NCBI RefSeq assembly: GCF_963921235.1
Contig: NC_086097.1
Location: 89,282,001 to 89,346,000, forward strand
From: Mobula hypostoma
Lineage: Eukaryota
Direction of reading: 5' to 3'
Length of the DNA: 64,000 nt
The position numbers and the translations under genes are program-made. Below are positions 12,727 to 26,266 of this stretch, in pieces. Each line of letters opens with the position of its first letter. Positions within the stretch are counted from its first letter, which is position 1. The notes beneath the pieces were generated by a model. The model searched no databases. It had not been told where the DNA came from and saw nothing but the letters and a program-made list of their open reading frames with translations.

Positions 12727-12927
12727 GTTGTTTCTTTCCACGCCTTCTGGCGCTTTGGGTGGCATTTTTGCCGTTTCTGTGGCACTTTGACTTTTTCACG
12801 AAGCCGAGTTGCAAGCTCGACGCTTAACCCGGCACGGATGGAAAGTGTGCAAGGACTGGCTGTGTTCAAACCCGGGAGCACTCACCCTGAAGTCCGATGC
12901 TGATACCACTACATCACTAGCTGGCTG
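12727..12927 (-). mobile_element. tRNA-derived SINE (same head/core as 31123-31427) inserted in a CR1 3' end
   Basis: Shared core ctttccatccgtgccgggtt...gcaactcg; degenerate TSD cctgtgcatattt (12714-12726) / cctatgcctattt (12928-12940). Confidence 0.75.
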
Positions 12928-12940
12928 CCTATGCCTATTT

Positions 12941-13410
12941 AAGAGCCTCTTAATCACTTTTACTGTATCTGCCGCCACCACCACACTCCTGGTAGCACAT
13001 TCCAGGCAGCCACCACTTTCTATTTATATATAAAAAAAACTTGCCCCACAAATCTCCTTTGAACTTACTCCGTTTCAACTTAAATGCATGCCCTAATATC
13101 TGGGGAAAAGGTATGTTCTGTTTGTCTACTCTATCTATGCCTCTCTTTCTATGATTTAAGGCTCCCATCAGATCTCGCCTCAACACCTGCCACTTCAGGT
13201 TTGTCTAGTTCTCATTATAGCACATACCCTCTGATCCAGGCAGCATTCTGATAAACCTCTTCTGCAGCCTCTCAAAAGCCTCCCTGTCCCTCCCATACTG
13301 GGGCAATCAGAAGTGAAGGCAATACTCCCCATGTTGCCTAACCAGACTTTTCTAAAGCTGCAGAATAATCTCCTGAGCCTTGAACTCAAAGCCAAGACTA
13401 ATAAAATCTC
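12941..13410 (-). mobile_element. CR1 3' fragment, degraded
   Basis: Minus-strand GHAFKLKRSKFKGDL and related CR1 3' motifs. Confidence 0.7.
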
Positions 13411-15616
13411 CCATTTTTAATTATTTTTGCTGTGCTCTGAACTTACTGTCCTCTAAAGCATATTAAGATGTTTAACATTGATAAAGGTGCTTAATAGAAC
13501 CCAAGTTCTAGTTGCACTGCAGGATGAAACTTGTCCTCTTCCTTTTCCATTTTCAAAGATTCTTGTGTTTCAAAGCCCAGCATTTAGCTGCTTTGGACAA
13601 GAATCACTGTAACATAAAGCTCTGTAGATATTTTACAGCAATGTGTGCGAAAAGTGAATTTATAGTCCTTTCTGATATTACATAGATTAAAGAGCAGGAA
13701 GGTTCTGAAGAGATCCGTAACATGGATTTTAAGTAGAATTAAGAGTCCAACAACCAATGATGGTAGCAGTTGGGACAAAGCCAGCAGTTTTGGATGAGTT
13801 GATAGAAAATGGAAGAAAAGGAAGTAGTTGTGGAGGGTTCTGGAACAAGGCAGTGATAGAAGCAGTATTTGTTTTGCACTTTTTCATGTACTTAACAGTA
13901 AAAATGATTTACTTACCTTTAATGTAATGAAACTATAATGTGTGCAGGGTAACAAAACCAGCATAGCAGCATCAGGAGAATACCTGACTCAGCTGTTGAA
14001 CAACAACAAACAATGGCAGGTTTTTGGTCTCCACCCACAGTGCCATGTTTTGATTAAAAGTTTACAGTACACTCTATTTGTATTTTACTTTTTTAGGTTT
14101 TATGTAAGATAGAAAAACAATCAGCATTTTGGACTTGTATTGGTGTTAGATTTTCATGAGATCTTGGCAAACTCTGTGGCTTTGTGATCAGCAGATGCTT
14201 TAGAAATTCAATGCTGTGCCTCTTCTTAAATTTCTGCAACCAGCCTGTTGAATATTCACAATCATCTTCAATTTTCAGTTTATCGTGATAGCTCTTTGCT
14301 CATTTCTTGATCAGCATACAGTTAAGCAGCACGTGTCATTCTGATGCTGACAAATCCGCTCTTTCAATACACGTTCACGATCTTCATTTTTTTGCTTTAT
14401 GCAATATTTTTCTATTTTTCATTAACTTCTGTTCATTTCATATACACTTCTCAGAACTGTCTGAAGTGTGCAGAGACCTGCATATTGCCTGAGAACTTTC
14501 CCAATACCTTGTGGAATTTTCCATTTCTAACAATATGTCAGTACTCAAAAAAGAAATTTGGATTTTGGAGGTTTTCAGATTTTGGATTGAATGTTCTGAG
14601 GAGGTTAGAAGGAAGGGTGCTTTAGGGTAGTGCACAATGTATTTTGTGTGTGTCTTAGTAAGGTTTTTGGCAAGTCCCCTTGGGTATGGTTGGGAAAGGA
14701 AAAGCTTACAGAAACCGAGTGAAAGTGCAAGTTGAATATGGAACTGGCTGAATGCCAGGGAGGAAAGGTTAATGGTTGATGTAGTTTCAGTGACTGAAAG
14801 GTTGATGCTGTGCCAAATCCCTTTCTTTTAGCTGTGTACATCAATGGTTTTGAGTGTTGGAGCCATGATTAAAAGCTTTATAGATGGTCCGTGGTCTTGA
14901 TTATCAGGAGAAAAGTTTTATCAGGTGGCCTGTTTGAAGGGTAGGGAAATGGGATTCAGTTCAGAGAGATGAGAGGGAGAATGTGTTTTTGGGATGTGCT
15001 AACTAGGGAAGAGCAGTAAATGGTGGGATACTGAAGAATGTACTGTGAATGTGTGAAGGAGATCCACCAGGATGTTGCCTGGATGGAGCAGTTCAGTAGC
15101 AATAAACAAATCGCTGGGGGAACGCAATGGCCAAGCAGCATCTGTGAGAGAGGAAGGGAATTCTGAAACCCTGCATCAGGAAATCAAATTCTGTAAGGCT
15201 CCATGACTAAGTGTAGAGACCAGAGGAAGTGCCTGTCCACATATCCCTAAGGTAGCAGGTTAGATAGATAAGGTGGTAAGGAAGACAGAACCACTTGGAT
15301 CCTCGCCTTTTGGCTAAAACTGTGAACAGAAGGATGGTGATATCTGGTTCCATATAAACCTTCAAATACAAAAACAGAATTTCTGGAAGGACTTAGCCAC
15401 TGAAGCAGCATATGTAGAAAGAGAAACCAGTCCATGTTTCATGTCAGTGGTCCTTCCTCAAAGCCGACCCAAAATGATGACATCATAGTATCCAACCCCA
15501 TAGCTCCCTGAAAGTGGCCGCACAAGTGGTAAAGGTGGATGGCGTGCTAGCCTTAATTAGTCGAGGTAATTCGACACTCAGAAAGTTGTGGCACAGTTTA
15601 TAAAACTTTGGCCACA

Positions 15617-16850
15617 ATAGGTCAATGGCAGACACAATCTCAATGGCTCTTCACACAGCCTTAGGTCACCTGGACAATACAACCCCTATGTCAGGATGCT
15701 GTTCATCAACTATAGCTCAGCATTTAACACCATCATTCCCACAATTCTGATTGAGAAGTTACAGAACCTGGGATTCTGTACCTCCCCCTGCAATTGGATC
15801 CTCAGCTTCCTCACTGGAAGACCACAATCTGTGCGGATTGGTGATAATACCTTCTCCTCACTGATGATCAATACTGGTGCACCTCAGGGGTGTGTGCTTA
15901 GCCCACTGCTCTATTCTCTCTAAACACAAGACCGTGTGGCTAGGAATAGCTCGAATACCACCTATAAATTTGTTAATGATACAACCATTGTTGGTAGAAT
16001 CTCAGGTGGTGACGAGAGGGCGTACAGGAGTGAGATATGCCAACTAGTGAAGTGGTGTTGCAGCAACAATCTGGTACTCAACATCAGTAAGACAAAGGAG
16101 CTGATTGTGGACTTCGGGAAGAGTGAGATGAAGGAATACATACCAATCCTCATGGAGGGATCAGAAGTGGAGAGAGTGAGCACTTTCAAGTCCCTGGGTG
16201 TCAAGATCTCTGAGGATCTAACCTGGTCCCAACATATTGATGCAGTTGTAAAGAAGGCAAGGCAGCAACCATACTTCATTAAGAATTTGAAGAGATTTGG
16301 CATGTCAACAAATATACTTAAAAACTTCTATAGATGTACCGTGGAGAGCATTCTGACAGGCTGCATCGCTGTCTGGTATGGGGGGTGGGGGGACTACTGC
16401 ACAGAACCGAAAGAAGCTGCAGAGGCTCGTAAATTTATTTGGCTCCATCTTGGGTACTAGCCTACGGAGTACACAGGACATCTTCAAGGAGTGGTGTCTC
16501 AGGAAGGAAGTGTCCATTGTTAAGGACCCCCAGTACCCAGGGCATGCCCTTTTCTCACTGTTACCATCAGGTAGAAGGTACAGAAGCCTGAAGGCGCACA
16601 CTCAGCGATTCAGGAACAGCTTCTTCCCCTCTGCCATCCAATTTCTAAATGGACATTGAACCCTTGGACACTACCTCACTTTTTTAATATATATTCTGCT
16701 TCTGCACAATTTTTAATCTATGCAATATACGTATACTGTAATTGATTTACTTTTTTTTTCCTTCTTCTATATTATGTATTGCATTGAACTGCTGCTGCTA
16801 AGTTAACACATTTCACGTCACATGCCGGAGATAGCAAACCTGATTCTGGT
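15617..16850 (+). mobile_element. Rex1/Babar LINE, 5'-truncated
   Basis: [70 protein letters not shown]. Confidence 0.92.
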
Positions 16851-17024
16851 GCAGATGCATCTGGAGCCTTTCATTCCATTCTAGTTGTGTAGGCTTTGGA
16901 GAAGGTGCAGGTGCTGCATTGATTAGGAAGCATATGCAATTAAGACAGGTTGAACAAAGTAGTGCTGCTTTTTCTGGAGTATCATAGGCTGAAGGGAGAG
17001 CTGATAAAATTTATACATTCGTAC

Positions 17025-17284
17025 TTATTTGTCTATTTATCGAGATACAGTACAGAATAGGTCCTTCCTGCCCTTTGAGCCACACTGCCCTGCAGTTCAC
17101 TGGACAATCGCAGGGCAGTTTACAATGACCAGTTTACAGTGACTGCGGGAGGAAACTGGATCATCCAGAAGAAATCCATGTAGTCATGGGGAGAACGTAC
17201 AAAGTCCTCACAGACAGCTGCGGGAATTGAACCTAGGTGGCCTGCACTGTAAAGCATTGTGCTAGCCGGTATGCTACGATGCCG
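17025..17284 (-). mobile_element. V-SINE-like SINE
   Basis: Reverse complement of the 11318 family, with a (ttta)n tail at its left end. Confidence 0.7.
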
Positions 17285-18007
17285 GTGTAGATAGAGTAGA
17301 CAGTTGGTATACTTTTCCCAGGGTCGAAATGTATAATAATGAGAGGGTAAGTTCAGGGGAGATGTGTGGGTCAAGAGAGTGGTGGCTGCCTAGAATGTAC
17401 TGCCAGGGCTGATGGTGGAGGAAGATATGATGGAGACATTTAAGAGGGTCTTGGGCACATGAAAGTACAGAAACTGGAACAGTATGAGCCATGAGGAGAC
17501 GGAAGGCATCAGTAGCTTAATTTGTTTGGCATGGTATTGTGGGCCAAAGGACCCTTTTCTGCTGTAGTGTTCTACGATGACTGGTTTCCCTTTCCAAGTA
17601 TGCTTCTTGGCTGCTGATTTCTTCCAGTGATTTTATTTTTGTCTCAGCTCCTAACATCTGCACTTCTGTTTATTTTTAAATATGAAATGGCAATTGGGCT
17701 GCTGTTAAGTTCAGGTCACCACACAATGGGAGAGATGTCAAGAGCATTAGAGAGGTTAAAACGAAGGGCGAGGCCAATGTGGACAGCACAAGTGAATGTT
17801 AATTATCAGGACAGGTTTATAACCATATAACCATATAACAATTATGGCATGGAAACAGGCCATCTCGGCCCGTCTCGTCTAGACTTGAATTGTTTCTATT
17901 TTGGACCAAGGGAGACTGAGAGGAGATTTAATTAATGTACATATTCAGAGAGAGGAATGGAAAGAAGAGCTAAACATAAGAGATTCTGCAGATGCTGTAA
18001 ATTTTGA

Positions 18008-18009
18008 AC

Positions 18010-18050
<41 letters not shown>
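18008..18050. repeat. (CA)n microsatellite grown from a Penelope-end remnant
   Basis: Pure CA run following agattctgcagatgctgtaaattttgaa. Confidence 0.9.
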
Positions 18051-18053
<3 letters not shown>

Positions 18054-18102
18054 GATAGGGGCAGCATGAATGGAAGAGGAGTAAACAGTCAATGTTTTAG
18101 TT

Positions 18103-18345
18103 TAATTTAATTTAGAGATACAGTACAGTAACAGGTCCATCCGGTCCAACGAGCCCAAGCCGCACAATAACACCATGTGATCAATTAACCCATTAAGCCA
18201 TGTGTCTTTACACTGTGCGAGGCAACGGGAGCACCAAGAGGAACCGGTGTGGTCACAGGGAGAACACACCAGCCCCTCATAGTCCTCATAGACAGCAGCA
18301 GCAACTGAACCCAAGAGGCACAGTAAAGCAATATGCTAGCTGCTG
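18103..18345 (-). mobile_element. V-SINE-like SINE, degraded
   Basis: Same motifs as the 17025 copy. Confidence 0.6.
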
Positions 18346-18454
18346 TGCTCTTGGGCTGAGAGACTCCATCTGTATGGGAACGGAAAGGGAAAGATGTTGG
18401 ACAAAGAGCTATTTTACTTTGCAAGGAGGTCAGTAACCAAGGTGGGGGTGCGTA

Positions 18455-18572
18455 TACACACGCACACGCACACGCACACTCACACTCACACTCACACTCA
18501 CGCACACACTCACACACACTCACGCTCACACTCACACTCACACTCACGCACGCACACTCACTCACTCACACT
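18455..18572. repeat. Compound (CA)/(CACACT) microsatellite
   Basis: Directly visible. Confidence 0.9.
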
Positions 18573-18599
18573 CAACTTCACAGTTTTTTTTATATATTT

Positions 18600-19222
18600 G
18601 GTTAAATTAAACAAGTAGTGGAAAAGCAGAAATTACAAAAATGTACTGAGGTAGTGATCGTGTGTTCAATGGCTACTCAGAAATTGGATGGCAGAGGGGA
18701 CAAAGCTGTTCCTGAATCACTGAGTGTGTGTGCCTTCAGGCCTCTGTACCTCCTTCCTGATGGTAACAGTGAGAAGAAGGCATGTCCTGGGTGGTGGGGG
18801 TCCTTAATGATGGATGCAGCCTTTTCAAGGCACCACTGCTTGAAGATGTCCTGGATACTGCAGAGGCTAGTCCCCATGATGGAGCTAACTAATTTTACAA
18901 CTCTCTGCTGCTTACTTCAATCCTGTGCAGTAGATCCCCTCCCCCTCCCCACATACCGGATGGTGATGCAACCAGTGAGAATGGTACATTTGTAGAGATT
19001 TATGAGTGTTTTTGGTGACATACCAAATCCTCTCAAACTCCTAATGAAATATAGTCACGGTCTTTCCTTCCTTATAGTTGCATCAATATGTTGGGACAAG
19101 GTTAGGTCCTCAGAGATATGAATACTCAGGAACCTGATATTGCTCACTCTCTCCACTTCTGATCCCTCCATGCGGACTGGTGTATATGCCCTCATTTTAC
19201 CCTTTCCGAAGTCCACAATCAG
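18600..19222 (-). mobile_element. Rex1/Babar 3' fragment
   Basis: Minus ORFs EGSEVERVSNIRFLSIHISEDL and KAASIIKDPHHPGHAFFSLLPSGRRY. Confidence 0.88.
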
Positions 19223-19985
19223 ACATTGTGGTATCTGGGCGTTGGCTCCCACTTCTGGATCCGAAATTAGGTTGATCTCCACAGCAGTGTCAAAGTTATT
19301 GCTGATAACCCAGTGTGAGTTAAGGGATTTCCAGCATCATTGGAGGTCTGCTCTCCGCCGCATTAGACCAAGGTTTGTGTGCCTATTTTGTGAGTGTTTG
19401 GGATTCAATATCATCATTTGAAAAGGATTCTGTGTGTCTCCATGCCTGCTCTCCGTGGGTTCGAGCCCCGCTTCGGAAACTACGCTAATGGTGCAATGAG
19501 GCAGACGTTACCTTCCTGTTGGATTGTGAAACACATTTCCTACCCATGTTATTTCAGAGTGAACCACGACAGCTCTCCCTAATGTCCCAGCTAATGTTCA
19601 TTTCCCAACCACACCATCAAAGCATCACGTTATTGCTCTTGCATGATGTCTTCTGTGTGTAAATTGGCTGCTGTGCTCCCTATGTCACAATAACAATTGT
19701 ACTTAATGGGCTGTAAAGCATGTTTGGATGTTTTAAACTAGTTAAAGTGTCCTCATAATCTAAAGTAGATGCACCTCTGTCTCACTTCATTTACAACCAA
19801 ACAAACACAGGTCTTAAAGGAAAAGACACTGAAATAGAACATTGTTAGCTATCATTTAACTGTCTGAATGAGTTGAACAAGTGTATGAAATGTTATCTTG
19901 AAGCCAGGGATCTAGAAGACATGCATTTGAAATCCACCATTCTTTGTTTTCACAGTGGTAACTCTGCCAGCCAGGCCCACCAGAG

Positions 19986-20034
19986 ATGCCTGAAGGTTCG
20001 CTGTGTTCTGCTAAGGAAGCTGCATCCGTAGAAG
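19986..20034 (+). CDS. Candidate first coding exon (exon 19956-20034) encoding MPEGSLCSAKEAASVE plus phase 1; tentatively a PLEKHG2/3-like RhoGEF N-terminus
   Basis: Acceptor tctttgttttcacag ending at 19955; in-frame TAA upstream of the ATG; G at -3; donor AAG|GTCAGT at 20035. The family hint rests only on recalled MPEG-starting N-termini. Confidence 0.55.
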
Positions 20035-21005
20035 GTCAGTACCTGCCTTATTTCACTGCAGAGGCTTGAACCTGTAACACCACCTAGATATGTCATGATC
20101 TAAAGCAGCACAACCCTGGAGCTTCAGCAACATGACCAACTTAAAACTTTCATGTTAGTTTTCACTCCCCCTCCATGGCTATGCCCTTCCCCATCTCTGC
20201 ACTCTTCTGCAGCTCTCTAACCCTTCCAGGAATCTGCATTCCTCCATTTCTAGCTTGCTAATCTTCCCTGCAATGAATCAGTTCTTCATTGACTCTGTTC
20301 CTTCTGCTGCCAGGGCTCTATCCTATGGACTTTTTTTGCTGAATCTCTTCCTCACACATTCTAGGATGCTCGTTAAGATCTGTGCCTTTGACCAAGACCA
20401 AGGTGATTGGTCTGAGTGTTTCCTCACTCGTGCTCATATTGTGTTGTGGCTCTTTTATTAAGTACCTTGGGCTGGTCATGCTTGTTGAAAGCAATAGATC
20501 AGCAATTGTTGTTGCTGTTGGATAACATTGGTCCACTTTCCAGCAGATGTGGTTGGTGGCTTTCTACAGTATATGAGCTGACCCCAACCTCATTTGATCC
20601 GAGATGCATTTTCTACCATGTGTTTATCTCACATCAATGCCACTTGCCTCAACTTGCTGTATTGAGTTCCCCTCTCCAGTCTCCTTTTGTTTACAAAGCA
20701 CTTTCTGCAGTCTCATTTAGATTTCACGGTAGCGTTTGATGTTTATGGTTATTTTTAAAGATGTTACTCTCTGGAATTTATTAAGTCCTGAAGGCTTATA
20801 GATTGGATCTCTTGCTGACTTGGTGGTTAACATTTTAGAGGGCAGATATACTGTAGTTGGTAAGTACTACAGATGAGACATTGCACCAATGTCACATTTC
20901 TCCTCTGTGGAATCTTGCAATGCATCTGGAATGGATGTTCAGTGAAATTTCGTGGTGATGACTACCAGCCTCTTAATATCAGATGGCAGCATTTCTTTTG
21001 GGTAG

Positions 21006-21831
21006 TGTCACGTACCCCATGACGGGTTAAAGAACCAGCAAAGATGGAAAACACTTTGGAGTCCGGTATTGCTATTAACTAATGGTATTTATTAGTAACT
21101 ACACAATACAGTAATATAAAATCAGATATATCAAACAGGTTAGCAATGATTAGATATGTATAAGTGTGGAAATATATGAAAACCAAGCTTCTTCAAGTCT
21201 AGAGATAAATGAATACAGTCTTACGATGATGGGTAAAGTTCAGTTCAGTTCAGTTCGTGGTATTGAGTTGAGTAGTGATGGAGAGAGAGAGAGGGAGAGA
21301 TTTGAGTCTTCAGGTGAGCTGATGCTGTCGATCTTCCTGTTGTCCTCCGAAATTCTTTAGAAGTCACCGACTGTGACCATAACAAAAGGGGCCGTTCTTC
21401 TGTGGTGGAATTATCAAACCAGGCGAGGCTTGGACACGAATAACTCCCCACCGATCACACCCTTTTCACACTGCGTGAGCCACTGATCGATCCACCTGAT
21501 CGATCCTCCAAAACCCACCTTTTCTGTGGGCACAACAAAGCTCATTCAGTGTCCAAAACCAGGTGTCTGCAGGTCTAACAGCTGACCTTCTATTTATCTC
21601 ACTGTGCTGAACACCAGCTGTCCATCAAGCAGCTCCTCCCTTCTCTCTCTGTAAGAACTTGGAAGCTGCTAGTGTCCTTGCAAAAGTGTAAACATGCTGC
21701 CGAAAAACCATAACACCATCTCAAAGCCGTCTTCGTCTTTCTCTCTCTCTTTAACAACAACAAGGTGTTTGTGTTAAATAACTCTCTCTTCAAAAACACA
21801 GTTCATAGCGGTAATTCAGGGCCCCGTCACA
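21006..21831 (-). mobile_element. Solo LTR (826 bp), probably Gypsy-type
   Basis: TG...CA ends (tgtcacg / cgtcaca); 4-bp TSD gtag at 21002-21005 and 21832-21835; AATAAA on the minus strand near 21090. Confidence 0.85.
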
Positions 21832-21983
21832 GTAGTATGTGTACCTTTTTTGTTGGGATATACAGATGTATATTTTGTGTTTATGGACATGGAACTTGTG
21901 TGACCCTTACTAAGAGGGCTGTGTTAAACTCAAGAATGAGATCCATGGAATGGTATGGACTAAATTCAAGGCATTTTTGTTGT

Positions 21984-22205
21984 ACTTACTAAAGCCCATC
22001 TTCCCTCCTGGGAGATAGGTTGCCTACAGCAGCTCACCAGAGCCCTCTGTGTTGGGCTAGTCTTTCAAGTTGCTCTCAAAGACCGTTCCTCTCCCAGGAA
22101 TGAGGTCTTTGGAGCTCTAGGTTTATAAAGTATGGAGTTGCTAACCCCATGCTCAACCTTCTTCCTTTCATAGCTGGGCTTAGGATCATCTGTGGCAGAG
22201 TTTTG
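21984..22205 (-). mobile_element. RTE-related non-autonomous element/SINE, degraded
   Basis: Minus strand aaggaagaaggttgagcatggggttagcaactcc resembles an RTE 5' UTR motif; (taag)-like tail. Confidence 0.5.
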
Positions 22206-23044
22206 TGATGGTTGTGGTGTTGTCATAATGTGAAATACTATCTGGCAAAATTTTTCCATGGTATAAGTTGAGGTACTCTACTTGCAGCCACCTTTAGTAA
22301 ACTGTAACCCTGTAAGATTTCCTTCATGCAAAAGGAATGCATAAAACATAAAACTTTAAACTGTCAAGACAGCAAGGTGTGCTCGAGGTTAGAAATATTT
22401 CAGTATTAGTTCCTCAAAAGTCACATTTATTGAGTTTTATCTATCAGTGTGGTTTAATCACGTGATTTTACAGCCCCTATGGAGCACTTGGTCCATCTAT
22501 TCTGATGCCCACGTTGGCATATCCCATCCACCTTTATCTTGGCTGATCTGCGAATTCTTTCCAACTCATATCCAACCGGTGTAAAATGTATAAGCTTAGT
22601 ACAGAATGTGGAATACTTCAATCAACAAATCTACGGTGGGTCTGTCAAAGGTCCACCAGTTCACTAATGGTCCACCACCAGTGACCTTTTGAGCATTGTA
22701 AGCTTTTTAAAAAGAAAGGTGTCCTCAGTAAGACTGATGATAAATCTGCTGAGTGATTTTTCAAAAACCCGAGTTGGTCACTGGCAAGAGTTTAGCCAGA
22801 AGATTACTTTAGCCCTGTGATATCCACTTTCACCCATAGATCAAGTAAAAACAATATCTCTTGTCCCTTGCCTCTCATTCCGAATACGTAGCTCGACACA
22901 TAGAACTGTGTAACTGCGTGGAGAGTGATGTGTTGGGTTGAGTGATGTGTTTACTGTTTGTGGGGGAAGCAACGAGCGGGACACAGCTCGTTTCTATGGC
23001 TAAGGCGATGCTCTTATTTTGTGCACACTTGGAAATCCTTGAGC

Positions 23045-23500
23045 TCAAGAGTCAAAGTCAAGTTTATTGTCATATACACAGGTGCAATGAAAACTTACTT
23101 GCAGTAGCATCACAGGCACATAGCATCAGAGACACAACATTCATACAAAAACACGAAGATAAATTAAGCACAAATTTTAGAAGAAAGAGCTCAGTCCATC
23201 GTAGTGCAAAATGGTCAAGGTGGTCCTGGTGTTGCTATACTGAGGTGGTGATTAAGGTTGTGTAAGTTGGGAGAATTGTACTTGACCCTGGTGGTGTGGG
23301 ATGACAGGCTTCGATACCTCCTGGCCCATTGAAACCAGTGTGAAGATGGCATGGCCTGGAGGGTGGGGATCTTTGGATTTGAAGTGGTCCGTCTCCTAAA
23401 CCTAGATATAGTGAGGATCTTTGATGACAGATGCTGCCTTCTGGAGACAAGGCCTCCTGTAGATACTACCGATAGTGGTCAGGGACGTGCCTACGATGTA
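23045..23500 (-). mobile_element. Rex1/Babar 3' end, old
   Basis: caaagtcaagtttattgtc tail and degenerate 3' coding end. Confidence 0.6.
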
Positions 23501-25791
23501 TTGGATTGTCTCCTCTCCGCTCAGAACCTTCTGACTCTGACACTCTGACCTGCTGTCATTGGTGCATTCCAGCTAAGGCTTCCTTACTGCATTTTATGCC
23601 TCTTCTTGTAAACTGACAAGAGTCCAGACCACTTGTGAGCTTACTTGATTTGTGATTAATCACAAATTTATTAGTCTCGTGCCAGCCCTGCCTCCACCTA
23701 CAAACCACATTGCCCCATCCCCCCACTCTTCCATCAGGTATTCTCCTCCCTTCTGGTTGGCAGATATCCTTGGGTGGAGAGGGGAGAGGTTGATTACTAT
23801 GGGGGGGGGCATTGGGTTAAGTTGCAGTGCGGGTTTGGGAGAGGGCAGTTGTGTTGCTAGGGGACGGGGCTACCTAACTATCAGGAGGCTTCTTAACACT
23901 TTGCTGAGCTCAGGCAGACTGGAGTAAAAAGTAATGCTAATGTTTTACTGGTCCAGGAAGTTGAGTTTGATCCTGAACTCGAGTCCAATCTGTGTGGAGC
24001 TCAGTACCAATACATACACAAGCAGTGTTTTGATCTCTGTCAGTTTAATGCCCGGTAACTTCATTACAAGTTTCACATTGTAAAGAAATGTGGGAAAAAG
24101 AATTTCAACCAAACATAGAAATGGAGTTTAAGTGGAGACCACAAGTCGACATTTTGTTTTGTTTTGACACCCTGTACCTGGAAGAAAAGTGTAAACGGGG
24201 AGTAGTTAACATAAAGAGATGAGGTAGGGGCTGACAGGTGATGGGTGGGACTGAGTGAGGATGCAGGTGATGAGCAGATGGAGCTGGGAGGGGCTGAAGT
24301 GGGAAACAGTGGCTCGTAGATGAGAAAGACGAAGCGAGAGAGAACAAAGGAGTGGGGAGGGGGGGTGAAGAGAGGTAGAGACAGATGCTGGCAGGTGAAG
24401 TGGAGACAAGAGGCTTCAGATGCCTCTCCGAAACTTCTACGGAGGATTTGATGTCAGAGGGTACAAACGTGGTAGACACATTAATGTATCAACGATTGCT
24501 GGTCAACCAAGATTGGCATTCCTAAACATTAGGAATATAATTTATTCAATTGTGCTCTCTCTCTCTTATCATATGTTAAAACGAGGAACTAGGTCCTCGA
24601 GTAAATCACTCAGACCAACAAGCCTGCCCCACTATTTAAGAACATAAGAACAAAAGAAACAGGAGCAGGAGTCGGCCATCAGGCCCGTTGAGCCTGCTCC
24701 GCCATTCAATAAGATCATGGCTGATCTGATCATGGGCTCATCTCCACCGACCTGCCGTTTTCCCATAACCCTTAATTCCTCTACAATGCAAAAATCTATC
24801 CAAACTTGTCTTAAATATATTTACTGAGGTAGCCTCCACTGCTTCATTGGGCAGAGACTTCCACAGATTCACCATTCTTTGGGAAAAGCAGTTCCTCCTC
24901 ATCTTTGTCCCAGATTTACTCTCCTGAATCTTGAGGTTACATCCCCTAATTCTAGTTTCATCTATCACTGGAAAAAACTTTTCTGCCTCTATCTTATCTA
25001 TCCCTTTCATAATTTTATGTGCTTCTGTATGATTTTCTCTCATCCTTCTGAATTCCAGCAAGTATAGTCCCTTGCGACTCAATCTCTCCTGATAGTCTAA
25101 CCCCTTCATCTCTGGAATCAACCCCGGTGAACCTCCTCTGTACCACCTCGAAAGCCAGTATATCCTTCCTCAAGTAAGGAGACCAGAACTGCACACAGTA
25201 CTCCAGGTATGGCCTCACCAGTACCCTATACAATTGCAGCATAATCTCCCTGCTTTTAAATTCAATCCCACTAGCAATTAAGGCTAACATTCATTTGCCT
25301 TCTTGGTAGCCTGCTGTACCTACAAACCAACCTTTTGTGATTCATGCACAAGCACTCCCAAGTCCCTCTGCACAGCAGCATGCTGCAATCTTCTACCATT
25401 AAATAATAATCTGATCTTCCATTTTTCCTTCCAAAGTGGATGACCTCACATTTACCAACATTGTATTCCTTTTGCCAGATCCTTGCCCACTTACTTAACC
25501 TATCTTTATCTCTCTGCAGACTCTCTGTATCTTCTGCACAATTTGCTTTTCTTCTCAATTTATTGTCATCAGCAAACTTAGATGCGCTACACTCAGCTCC
25601 CTCTTCCAGGTCGTTAATGTATATCATGAACAGTTGCGGACCCAGCACCAAACCCTGTGGCACACCGCTCACCACTGATTGCCGACCAGAGAAACATACC
25701 TATGTATCCCAATTCTTTGCTTCCTATTAGTTAACCAATCCTCTATCCATGCTAGTACATCACCCCCAACTCTATGCATCATCTTATGGAT

Positions 25792-25859
25792 CATCTAACG
25801 CATGCATTTCTAAATGAAAATAAACGGGGACTGAGTGTCCTCATAATCTAATCTAATCT
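25792..25859 (+). mobile_element. Very short LINE 3' end with (taatc)n tail inserted in CR1
   Basis: aataaa followed by gtgtcctcataatctaatctaatct; CR1 sequence resumes on both sides. Confidence 0.55.
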
Positions 25860-26118
25860 AAATCTTGTATGTGGCTCCTTATCGAATGCCTTCTGGAAAT
25901 CCAAGTAAATAACAGCCATCTATTCCCCTCTATCCACAGCACTCGTTATATCCTCAAAGAACTCCAGTAAGTTTGTCAAACAGGACCTTCCTTTGCTGAA
26001 TCCATGCGGCATCTGCCTGATGGATCCATTTCTTTCCAGATGCCTCACTATTTCTTCTTTAATGATAGCTCCAAGCATTTTCCCAACTACAGATGTTAAA
26101 GTAACTGGCCTATAGTTA

Positions 26119-26266
26119 ACACGAGGAAATCCGCAGATGCTGGAATTTCAAGCAACGCTCTTCTTTCAGTTAGTCCTGATGAAGGGTCTCGGCCTGAAAC
26201 GTCGACTGTACCTCTTCCTAGAGGTGCTGCCTGGCCTGCTGTGTTCACCAGCAACTTTGATGTTTG
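26119..26266 (+). mobile_element. 148-bp Penelope-derived insertion with 13-bp TSD
   Basis: TSD tggcctatagtta at 26106-26118 and 26267-26279; body nearly identical to 61640-61750. Confidence 0.9.
26172..26207 (+). ncRNA. Minimal type I hammerhead ribozyme (Penelope-associated)
   Basis: Stem I AGUC/GACU, core CUGAUGA, stem II AGG/CCU, GAAAC, GUC cleavage triplet. Confidence 0.8.
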
